From NCBI GenBank assembly GCA_002483085.1, contig DLHF01000080.1, forward strand, positions 223-64,222: a stretch of 64,000 nucleotides of DNA, read 5' to 3'. Under the pieces are notes generated by a model. It worked only from the letters and a program-made list of their open reading frames with translations. It was not told the DNA's origin and did no database searches. Each line of letters begins with the position of its first letter. Position 1 is the stretch's first letter. The DNA is from Ignavibacteria bacterium UBA7675 (GTDB taxonomy: Bacteria > Bacteroidota > Ignavibacteria > Kapaibacteriales > UB7675). The translations under genes and the position numbers were made by a program. Of the stretch, positions 56,102 through 64,000 are shown one piece after another.

Positions 56102-56941
56102 ATGGACATCCAACAAAACACGCAGGCTTACCTACATAGGATCAACGAGCTTATCGCGGCTTACAACGACAAAAACGAAAACGGCGCAGATGCAGATGAG
56201 GACGAGACGATTGCCCTGCTGGTTGATGCGCGCAGCCTTGTGCGCGAAGCACTGAGCCACGACCATAACAGCGAAGAACTCATCGACCTGCACGTAGAGC
56301 TTGTCATTGTGCTTTCCCAGTATTTCTTTGCAAAAGTGCTTACAGAGGAAAGCTACACGCAGTCGCTTATCGAGTATCAGGAATTTGCTCGGCGCTGGGG
56401 AGCCTCCGAAGGCGAATTGTTTCGCATGGATGCCGAAGCGACAAAAGATTGGACTATTGGCGCGGACTCGGTGCAGTTTCTCACCGAAGTTGGCCTGCCT
56501 GTAAGCGCTGCACCGTTTGTTGGTTTTGGACAAGCTGGCAGGCTTTGGGAAGTGTGGAATTTTGCAGAAGATGCAGAGTATGCCCAGGAGCTGTTCTCGC
56601 AATATATTCAGATTGGCAGCGATGGGGCTGGCAATCCATTCTGCATAGACGAAGACCACAACGGTATTGTCGTGCTGCTCGACCACGACTTTGGCTTTCA
56701 GGCTATTACTTTTGTCAATTCCAGCGTGCAGCAGCTAGCCGAGTGCCTACTCGTGTACAAAGTAGCACTCGAAGAAGCGCAGCGGCTTCAGGGTAACGAG
56801 GACGAACTCAATTCCGAAGTGCTGGAAGGAATCGCAGAGTGGGTAGAGCAGGAAGTGATGCGCATCGACTCCCGCGCGATAGGGCGCGAATGTTTTTGGA
56901 ATAATGAAGTAGCGCTGCTGCGGTCGAATAACGAAGAATAA
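56102..56941 (+). CDS. SUKH-4 family immunity protein with N-terminal helical extension
   Basis: FLTEVGLP..AAPF, IGSDGAGNPFCID, FVNSSVQQLAECLL, RIDSRA...FW; very acidic. Confidence 0.8.
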   Translation: MDIQQNTQAYLHRINELIAAYNDKNENGADADEDETIALLVDARSLVREALSHDHNSEELIDLHVELVIVLSQYFFAKVLTEESYTQSLIEYQEFARRWGASEGELFRMDAEATKDWTIGADSVQFLTEVGLPVSAAPFVGFGQAGRLWEVWNFAEDAEYAQELFSQYIQIGSDGAGNPFCIDEDHNGIVVLLDHDFGFQAITFVNSSVQQLAECLLVYKVALEEAQRLQGNEDELNSEVLEGIAEWVEQEVMRIDSRAIGRECFWNNEVALLRSNNEE

Positions 56942-57056
56942 ATACTTGTCCTCTTTTCGCTGGCGCAGTAAGCAAATGTGCAGAGCCGTGAGCCTCCATG
57001 AAGTAAAACGCTTTGGCCATATGCGCGCGACCCGAATGGATGTTTGGGCTTGGTTT

Positions 57057-57273
57057 GTGGCACGGGCGTCGCTGCTCCGGCGCTTGGTCGCTGTCGCCGG
57101 TCGCACATCCGGCTTGCGGTTGGCCTCCGTTGTTCGCTTTCTTTTGCTGCGGCGGAGGCCGAACAGCCATGCGGTGTTTCACCGCGATTATAGCTGTAAG
57201 AACAGTTCGCGGGCGAGTTTACGATCATTGCTTCGCAGTGCGGAGACACAGAGGGAGGCAAAAGCTGAAGCGC
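57057..57273 (-). repeat. Dispersed intergenic repeat, modules A+B+C (minus strand)
   Basis: Reverse complement gcgcttcagc...ctccgcactgcgaagca-atgatcgtaaactcgcccgcgaactgttcttacag...gtgcgaccggcgacagcgacc...gagcagcgacgcccgtgccac. Confidence 0.88.
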
Positions 57274-57428
57274 TATCGCTATAGCCTCTGCACTCTTGGC
57301 TGCTCGCGCAACTATGGTCTACACCGGTTGGGATGATAGTTGAAAGTATGGAGCCGATTGAGCATCCTTATGTATATAGTAGCTGGACTGTATTCGATGA
57401 GTATGGTGAATCTTTTTTATAGGTGCCC

Positions 57429-58262
57429 ATGACAAAGGACACAACGGAGATAGAGATACACCTGCTGTTGGAAGCACTGTACCGGAAATACGGCTACGAC
57501 TTTCGGCAGTATTCCGAAGCGCACATTCGGCGTAGGCTGATGAACAGGCTTGCGCTTTGTGGCTTGCAGACAATCAGCGAGATGCAGAGCAGGGTGCTGC
57601 ACGACAGAGAATTCGCCGCCGTGCTGTTGCAAGATTTATCCATCACTGTCACAGAGATGTTCCGCGATGCCGAGTTCTACCGAGCTATACGGCAGAGCGT
57701 AGTGCCTATCCTCAAAACCTATTCATTTGTCAAAATATGGCATGCTGGCTGTTCTACCGGACAGGAGGCGTATTCTATGGCGATTCTACTACAGGAAGAA
57801 GGGCTCTACGAGCGAACTACCATGTATGCCACAGACTTCAACCAGCGGGCACTCGACCAAGCGCGCGAGGGTATTTATGCCAATGAGCAGATGAAGGAGT
57901 ACACAGCCAATTATCAGCGGTCTGGTGGCCGGGAAGCATTTTCTGATTATTATACTTCCAACTACAACATGGCGATCATGGAAGCCTCACTGAAGAAAAA
58001 TATCGTGTGGGCTCATCATAATCTGGTGACCGACAGTGTTTTTGCGGAAGTACACATGATTATGTGCCGCAATGTATTGATTTATTTCAACAGCGACCTA
58101 CAGAGCAAGGTACAACACCTTTTTCGGGATAGCTTGACTCACGGCGGCATCTTATGCCTCGGCTCAAAGGAAAGCCTGCGCTTTAGCGGGCTTGCCGAAG
58201 AGTACATAGAACTCGACAAGGTGCAAAAAATTTTCAAGAAGAAATACCCGGGTGGCGAATGA
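57429..58262 (+). CDS. cheR: CheR-type protein-glutamate O-methyltransferase
   Basis: YGYDFRQY, TEMFRD, WHAGCSTGQE.YS, CRNVLIYF, LGSKES. Confidence 0.94.
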   Translation: MTKDTTEIEIHLLLEALYRKYGYDFRQYSEAHIRRRLMNRLALCGLQTISEMQSRVLHDREFAAVLLQDLSITVTEMFRDAEFYRAIRQSVVPILKTYSFVKIWHAGCSTGQEAYSMAILLQEEGLYERTTMYATDFNQRALDQAREGIYANEQMKEYTANYQRSGGREAFSDYYTSNYNMAIMEASLKKNIVWAHHNLVTDSVFAEVHMIMCRNVLIYFNSDLQSKVQHLFRDSLTHGGILCLGSKESLRFSGLAEEYIELDKVQKIFKKKYPGGE

Positions 58263-58831
58263 TATATCGGGCGATTGTCATAGGAGCTTCCGCAGGGGGG
58301 CTACACGCTATCAAGACTATTGTGAGCGCTCTGCCGAGCGGTTTCCGGCTACCCATTGCTATTGTGCAGCATTTGAGCCCTCTTACAGACAATTACTGGA
58401 TTAGTATGGTAGATAAGCTCAGTGCTATTGCCGTAAAAGAGGCCGACGAGAAAGAAAAGCTCGAAGCGGGCACAGTGTATATCGCTCCAGCCAATTACCA
58501 CTTGTTAGTAGAGCGCGACGAAACATTGTCGCTAAGTATAGATCCGAAAGTAAATTATGCGCGGCCCGCCATCGACACCCTATTTGAATCGGCTGCCGAC
58601 GTATTCAGGCAGCAATTGGTTGGGGTAGTGCTTACGGGTTCCAATAGCGATGGTGCTTTGGGGCTACGCCGGATAAAGGAATGTGGTGGGCTGGCAGTTG
58701 TGCAGGAACCAGGTACAGCAGAAGCAGGTTACATGCCCGAAGCTGCTATTGCCGCTACACAGGTGGACTATATCTTGCCTTTGGAAAAAATTGCCAGTTT
58801 GTTCATTTCTATACATCAACAGACGCTATGA
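58259..58831 (+). CDS. cheB: Stand-alone CheB methylesterase (no receiver domain)
   Basis: GASAGG, VQH, YHLLVE, RPAID.LFESAA, LTGSNSDG; ATGA overlap with cheR. Confidence 0.93.
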   Translation: MIYRAIVIGASAGGLHAIKTIVSALPSGFRLPIAIVQHLSPLTDNYWISMVDKLSAIAVKEADEKEKLEAGTVYIAPANYHLLVERDETLSLSIDPKVNYARPAIDTLFESAADVFRQQLVGVVLTGSNSDGALGLRRIKECGGLAVVQEPGTAEAGYMPEAAIAATQVDYILPLEKIASLFISIHQQTL

Positions 58832-61800
58832 ACTCATCCATAAAAACAAAGTTGCTCGGGGGATATAGCATTCTGCTAGTACTATTGATTGCAGCAGTAT
58901 TGGTGGGAGTGCGCGCGCTGTCGGAAACAAACGACCGGCTGGACTACTTGGTAAGTGTTTCGGCACACCGCAGATATCTTTCCCAAACAGTACTTATAAA
59001 TGTCTTGCAAGCTGCGCGGCACGAAAAAAATATCATACTGGAAAGCGATCCGGCAAAGAAGAGCCGCTATCGTGAACTCATTGAGGCCAGCAAAGAGGCC
59101 GTTGATAAAAATATTAATGAGTTGCAGCATGTCGTGGACAAAGATGGTCGGACGACACTATACCGGGTCAGTACTTTGTGGAGTAATTACCAAGACGACT
59201 TGGAGAGCATTATTACTCTGGCAATGAAAAATGAAACTGATGCTGCATACCGTATATCGATAGAGACTGGTGCGCCGGTTCGCGAGTCGGTGGTCCGGCT
59301 GTTGGAGCAAATTGTTGCCGAGAGTGAGGATAGCATCGCCAAGGAGGTAGCGGCGAGCGACGCGGCTTATCAGTCGTCGCTTCAGTTGATCATTATAGTG
59401 ATTCTCATTAGCTTGCTTGCTGCTGGTATCCTAGCCTACTGGATTGTACAAAGCATTGCAAAGAGAATTGCCTTTATTACGGAGCAGGGCGAAAGAATCG
59501 CCAGCCGGGAGTTTTTCGAAGAAATAAAAAATGATCGTATAAAAGACGAACTCTCTCCGGTGTTTTATGCCTTATCCAGCATCGTAAACAGTTTCAGGGA
59601 CATTACAGCCAATGCGAACAAAGTAGCCGCAGGCAACTATTCAATTGAGATAGAGCCCAGATCGGACAAAGATATTCTCGGGCTTTCTCTGCGAAAAATG
59701 GTGACATCGCTGCGGGGTGCGACTGCTGAAAATCAGCGCCACAACTGGCTCACCCAGGGCCAGAACCAGCTCAACGAGCAGCTTCGTGGCGACAGGAGCG
59801 TGCAGAGCCTTGCCTCGGACGTCGTCTCTTTTTTGTGCAACTATTTGCAGGCTCCTCTTGGCGCGATTTATCTGGTGGAAGGGGCCATGCTCGAACTCGC
59901 TGGTGCCTTTGCTCTATCAGAGCAGAGTGCTCCCCGGAGATTTGCTCTTGGCGAAGGGCTGCCTGGCCAGGCTGCACGCGAGCAGAAACTACTGCTGCTC
60001 ACCGATGTAGAGGATAGCTCTCTGCGCGTATCCTCCGCCCTTGTAGATGCTCGCCCAGCACATCTTACCGTGTCTCCCTTTACACTCGAAGGGACTACCA
60101 TTGGCGTGGTTGAAATAGGACGGTTCACTCCGTTTACGACCACAGAACTAGAATTCTTGACGGCTGCTATGGAAAGCATTGCGATAAGCTGCAATTCGGC
60201 TGTTGCCAGAGTGCGTATCCAGGAGCTTTTAGAAGAAACCCAGAAACAGAGCGAAGAACTCCAAATCCAGCAAGAAGAGCTGCGGCAAGTCAACGAGGAA
60301 TTGGAAGAACAAGCTCAGAGCCTGAAACAGCAGCAAGAGGAATTGCAGATTACCAACGAGGAATTAGAAGAACAAGCTCATACCCTTGAGACTAAAAACA
60401 GAGAATTAGAGTTCGCTCGTACCGATATCGAACGAAAGAGCCGACAGTTGGAAATAAGCAGCAAGTACAAGTCCGAATTCTTGGCGAATATGTCGCATGA
60501 GCTGCGTACTCCGCTGAACAGCCTGCTCATTTTGTCGAACCATTTGGCAGAGAATAAGCAGCAGAATCTATTGCAAGACCAAGTAGAGAGTGCCGAGATT
60601 ATTTACAAGAGTGGCTGCGATCTTTTGGCTCTTATCAATGAAGTGCTCGATTTGTCCAAAATCGAAGCCGGCAAAATGGGTGTAAATCCAGAGAAAGTAT
60701 GGCTGAAGAGCTTTGCCGACAACCTCTACCGCACATTCAGGCTTCAAGCCGAGGAACGAGGTATCGTGCTCGCTGTAAATCTCGCGGATGATCTTCCCGA
60801 GTTTATTGTGAGTGACAACCAAAGGCTGGAGCAGGTACTGAAAAATCTACTGTCTAATGCTTTGAAATTTACTCATCAGGGATCAGTTACTGTTGCTATT
60901 TCACGCCAAGCTGGCAGCGTGCTTTCTATTGCTGTACAGGATACGGGCATTGGCATACCTGATGACAAGCTACTGGCTGTGTTTGAAGCATTCCAGCAGG
61001 CCGATGGCAGTACCGCCCGAAAATACGGTGGTACCGGGCTTGGCCTTGCTATTTCGCGTGAACTCACCAAACTGCTCAACGGCGAAATATCTGTAGTGAG
61101 CGTTGTAAATGAAGGGTCGACATTTACACTTACCATTCCTTTCGAACTCACCGGAGTCCATCCTGTGATGCCCCTAAAGGAGTCTGCGCCTCCTTCCGTA
61201 CTGCCTCCTCCTGCAAGCAGCGCAAAATTTCTGCACTATCCAGCAATTGACGACGATAGAGAAGATATACAAGGGGATGACAAAGTTGTCCTGGTTATCG
61301 AGGACGACCTGAAATTTGCGGAGATACTTCTGAAGCAAGCTCACACCAAAAAGTTTAAGTGTATTGCTGCTGCCACAGGCGAGGACGGCTTGGCGCTGGT
61401 AGCACAGTATCGAGTAGACGCTATTATCCTTGATTTAGACCTGCCTGGCATGAGTGGCCACGATGTGCTGGCCGAGCTCAAATCTACGCCCAGGCTCAGG
61501 CATATTCCTGTGCATATTATGTCGGTAAACGAGCGCACGCTGGGGCCCATAAAAGGGGGTGCTGTGGAATATCTCACAAAACCCGTCGATAAAGGGCTGC
61601 TCGAAGAAGCATTCAACAGAATAGAGAATTTTATCAGCAGAAAAATGAAAAATCTGCTGATAGTAGAGGACGATCCAAATTCCCGGACGGCGATAAGAAA
61701 GCTGATAGGCAATGGCGATGTTACATGTTTTGAGGCAGAGACAGGACAGCAGGCTTTGCAGATACTCGGCGAACAGCATATTGACTGTATTGTGCTTGAT

Positions 61801-62451
61801 CTCGGGCTGTCGGATATGACGGGCTTTGATTTTATCTATACATTGGAAAATATGCGTGAGCGTGCTATTCCTCCTATTATTATTTACACAGGCCGGGAGC
61901 TTAGCAGAGAAGAAAACGAAGAATTGGAGAAATACGCCGAGACAGTTATTATCAAAGGCGTGAAGTCCGAAGAAAGGCTTTTGGACGAAACTGCTCTTTT
62001 CTTGCACAGGACTATTGGCAATATGCCTGCTGCCAAGCAGCAGATAATTACTGACCTGTACGACCGGGAGCTTCTGCTCCACGGGAAAACTGTACTGCTG
62101 GTGGACGACGACATGCGCAACGTGTTTGCTTTGTCTAGAGTGCTAAAGGAACGTGGGATGGAAGTTGTGAAGGCAGAGAACGGGGCAAAAGCTCTTGAAA
62201 TGCTGGAAAGTCAGCCCGGAATTCATCTGGTGCTTATGGATATTATGATGCCAGTGATGGATGGGTATGAAGCAATGCGCCGCATCCGAACGCATGAAAT
62301 CTTTCGGCATCTGCCGATCATTGCGCTAACGGCAAAGGCGATGAAGGACGACAGGCAGAAGTGCCTTGATGCCGGAGCAAATGATTATATTACAAAACCT
62401 GTAGACTTGGAACGATTGCTCTCCTTGTTGCGTGTGTGGCTGAGCAAATAA
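58828..62451 (+). CDS. Membrane hybrid histidine kinase: four-helix-bundle sensor, HAMP, GAF, methyl-accepting-like coiled coil, HisKA/HATPase, three receiver domains
   Basis: Two TM helices; QQEELxxxNEELEEQ repeats; SHELRTPLN; NLLSNALKFT; GTGLGL; three receivers (IEDD, VEDD, VDDD). Start ATG 58828 overlaps the cheB stop. Confidence 0.93.
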   Translation: MNSSIKTKLLGGYSILLVLLIAAVLVGVRALSETNDRLDYLVSVSAHRRYLSQTVLINVLQAARHEKNIILESDPAKKSRYRELIEASKEAVDKNINELQHVVDKDGRTTLYRVSTLWSNYQDDLESIITLAMKNETDAAYRISIETGAPVRESVVRLLEQIVAESEDSIAKEVAASDAAYQSSLQLIIIVILISLLAAGILAYWIVQSIAKRIAFITEQGERIASREFFEEIKNDRIKDELSPVFYALSSIVNSFRDITANANKVAAGNYSIEIEPRSDKDILGLSLRKMVTSLRGATAENQRHNWLTQGQNQLNEQLRGDRSVQSLASDVVSFLCNYLQAPLGAIYLVEGAMLELAGAFALSEQSAPRRFALGEGLPGQAAREQKLLLLTDVEDSSLRVSSALVDARPAHLTVSPFTLEGTTIGVVEIGRFTPFTTTELEFLTAAMESIAISCNSAVARVRIQELLEETQKQSEELQIQQEELRQVNEELEEQAQSLKQQQEELQITNEELEEQAHTLETKNRELEFARTDIERKSRQLEISSKYKSEFLANMSHELRTPLNSLLILSNHLAENKQQNLLQDQVESAEIIYKSGCDLLALINEVLDLSKIEAGKMGVNPEKVWLKSFADNLYRTFRLQAEERGIVLAVNLADDLPEFIVSDNQRLEQVLKNLLSNALKFTHQGSVTVAISRQAGSVLSIAVQDTGIGIPDDKLLAVFEAFQQADGSTARKYGGTGLGLAISRELTKLLNGEISVVSVVNEGSTFTLTIPFELTGVHPVMPLKESAPPSVLPPPASSAKFLHYPAIDDDREDIQGDDKVVLVIEDDLKFAEILLKQAHTKKFKCIAAATGEDGLALVAQYRVDAIILDLDLPGMSGHDVLAELKSTPRLRHIPVHIMSVNERTLGPIKGGAVEYLTKPVDKGLLEEAFNRIENFISRKMKNLLIVEDDPNSRTAIRKLIGNGDVTCFEAETGQQALQILGEQHIDCIVLDLGLSDMTGFDFIYTLENMRERAIPPIIIYTGRELSREENEELEKYAETVIIKGVKSEERLLDETALFLHRTIGNMPAAKQQIITDLYDRELLLHGKTVLLVDDDMRNVFALSRVLKERGMEVVKAENGAKALEMLESQPGIHLVLMDIMMPVMDGYEAMRRIRTHEIFRHLPIIALTAKAMKDDRQKCLDAGANDYITKPVDLERLLSLLRVWLSK

Positions 62452-62460
62452 CAACGAAAC

Positions 62461-63588
62461 ATGAGATTCATGGACAAAAAACCAAAAATACTTATTGTTG
62501 ATGACAGGCCCGAAAACCTCGTGGCTTTGGAAGTGATTCTAGAGGATATGGACGTTGAATTGGTAAGAGCCACCAGCGGCAACGAAGCGCTGAAGCATAC
62601 GCTCTACCATGATTTCGCTCTTGCTCTGCTCGATATTCAAATGCCCGAAATGGATGGCTACGAATTGGCGAGCATCCTGCGCGCAGAAGAGAAAACGAGC
62701 CGCCTGCCGTTTATCTTTATTTCTGCGGTGTACACCGATCATGTCGATGTGTTCAAAGGGTATGAAAAAGGTGCCTTCAGTTGTATTACCAAGCCTTTCC
62801 AACCTGAGATGCTGCTCAATAAGGTGAAGTTCTTTATTGAAAAACACCAGCAGGATATGGTGATGTATCAGCTCAGCAGGAATCTGAAAAAAAAAAATAC
62901 CGATCTGGAAGAAATGAACCGCGAATTAGAGTCTTTTACCTACTCTGTTTCCCACGATTTGCGGGCGCCACTGCGGGCAATCAACGGATATACGGAGATT
63001 CTGCGGCGATCTTACGAACCGACTCTCGACGATAGAGGAAAAAGGCTTTTGGACAAGATTAGCCTGAATACAGAGCGCATGGGAGTGCTGATAGAAAATC
63101 TCTTGGCTTTTTCGCAGCTCGACAGGCGAAATGTGCATAAGGCACAGGTGGATATGAATGCTTTGGTTCGAGAAGTGCTTGACGAAGTACATGCGAGCAT
63201 GCCGTATGTGAGGCCACAAGTACGTATAGCAGAGCTGCAATCCGCGATGGGAGACAGAGAGCTTCTGCGCCAAGTGCTCGTCAATCTGATTGGCAACGCG
63301 TTCAAGTATTCGGGTAAGAAAGAAGAGCCGGTAGTCGAGATTGGTCGTGATGTTGTCGGCGGTGAAGCGGTGTTTTATGTAAAAGACAATGGGGTAGGAT
63401 TCGATATGGAGCAGGCCGGAAGAGTGTTCGGAGTATTTCAGCGGCTGCATGAAGCATCGGAATTCGAGGGCACGGGAATAGGTCTCGCCATTGTAGAGCG
63501 CATTATTTCTCACCACGGTGGGCGTGTCTGGGCGGAAGCAGAGGTGAACAAGGGTGCTTCATTCTATTTTACTGTTCCTGCCGAATAA
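62461..63588 (+). CDS. Receiver-histidine kinase hybrid
   Basis: ILIVDD...LLDIQMP; SHDLRAPL; NLIGNAFKYS; FQRLH; GTGIGL. Confidence 0.92.
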   Translation: MRFMDKKPKILIVDDRPENLVALEVILEDMDVELVRATSGNEALKHTLYHDFALALLDIQMPEMDGYELASILRAEEKTSRLPFIFISAVYTDHVDVFKGYEKGAFSCITKPFQPEMLLNKVKFFIEKHQQDMVMYQLSRNLKKKNTDLEEMNRELESFTYSVSHDLRAPLRAINGYTEILRRSYEPTLDDRGKRLLDKISLNTERMGVLIENLLAFSQLDRRNVHKAQVDMNALVREVLDEVHASMPYVRPQVRIAELQSAMGDRELLRQVLVNLIGNAFKYSGKKEEPVVEIGRDVVGGEAVFYVKDNGVGFDMEQAGRVFGVFQRLHEASEFEGTGIGLAIVERIISHHGGRVWAEAEVNKGASFYFTVPAE

Positions 63589-63957
63589 ATACCGAATATC
63601 TGACTTTTGTAATCCTTCTTTCTGTCATATTTTCGCACTTTCTTTTGAAGAGAACAGCACATGTGGATTGAAATATCCGCTTCGGTGAGAGAGCTACATT
63701 CCACAATTTTATGCCGCTGTTTAAGTTCTGTCAGTACGGTGCCGATAAGCAAATAATGTTGTAAATAAAAGAGCGATGAGCAGATATCCATACTGCACTG
63801 GTATAGAGTGTTGGTAGGCTGCACAACATACACCACTCAACAGCGAACTTTTCTTATAGGGTGGATACACTATATAGCGCTATTATGCGGATAGCAGATA
63901 GTGATATTGATACAGCGAGAGGAATACTGTAGCATATAACGAAAGCAGGACGGAACT

Positions 63958-64000
63958 ATGAACACACGGCCAAAAATTCTCATAGTCGATGACAGACCAG
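63958..64000 (+). CDS. 5' end of another receiver-domain protein (truncated by the window edge)
   Basis: MNTRPKILIVDDRP, nearly identical to the start of 62461..63588 (KPKILIVDDRP). Confidence 0.75.
   Translation, partial: MNTRPKILIVDDRP

Noticed and set aside
41733..57106. Recurring peptide RP(V/A)TAT...SSDARAT in short ORFs (41733, 46734, 50076, 56747; a variant at 27414) suggesting a small-protein family
   Set aside because: It is just the translation of repeat module C. The surrounding ORFs share nothing else, starts are inconsistent, and several copies shift frame.
6977..57273. CRISPR array or integron attC interpretation of the repeats
   Set aside because: Copies are dispersed kilobases apart on both strands, are degenerate, lie among core genes, and no cas or integrase gene is present.
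58681..58827. ORF-track N-terminal extension of the hybrid kinase
   Set aside because: It overlaps cheB; the ATGA-coupled start at 58828 directly precedes the first TM helix.

Overview
A 64 kb chromosomal window from a Bacteroidota-Chlorobi-Ignavibacteria-like bacterium, most likely Candidatus Kapabacteria. This is inferred from the many T9SS C-terminal-domain cargo proteins, the TonB receptor-lipoprotein pair, the efp-accB-accC-gcvH order and the TAnnTT(T/C)G promoter boxes. Housekeeping genes: prfA, rpe, efp, tRNA-Cys, accB, accC, gcvH, hflX, dnaB, msrB, a Lon-like protease and RsmB/TrmH methyltransferases. There are six large secreted T9SS cargo genes, including one running off the left edge that is missing from the ORF track. 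Signalling genes comprise a FIST-histidine kinase pair and a CheR/CheB/multi-receiver hybrid kinase cluster. The most striking unexplained structure is a modular non-coding repeat family (modules A-B-C, up to ~280 bp, with REP-like GTAG/GTGG ends) at 11 intergenic loci, about one per 6 kb, with no mobilising enzyme in the window. Also notable: an ORF-less two-promoter/two-terminator unit after prfA (candidate sRNA), an internally deleted macrodomain pseudogene, a membrane-protein gene split at an A7 tract, an EF-P with Asn at the loop tip, and an orphan SUKH-4 immunity gene. All family assignments come from reading motifs by eye; no database searches were run.
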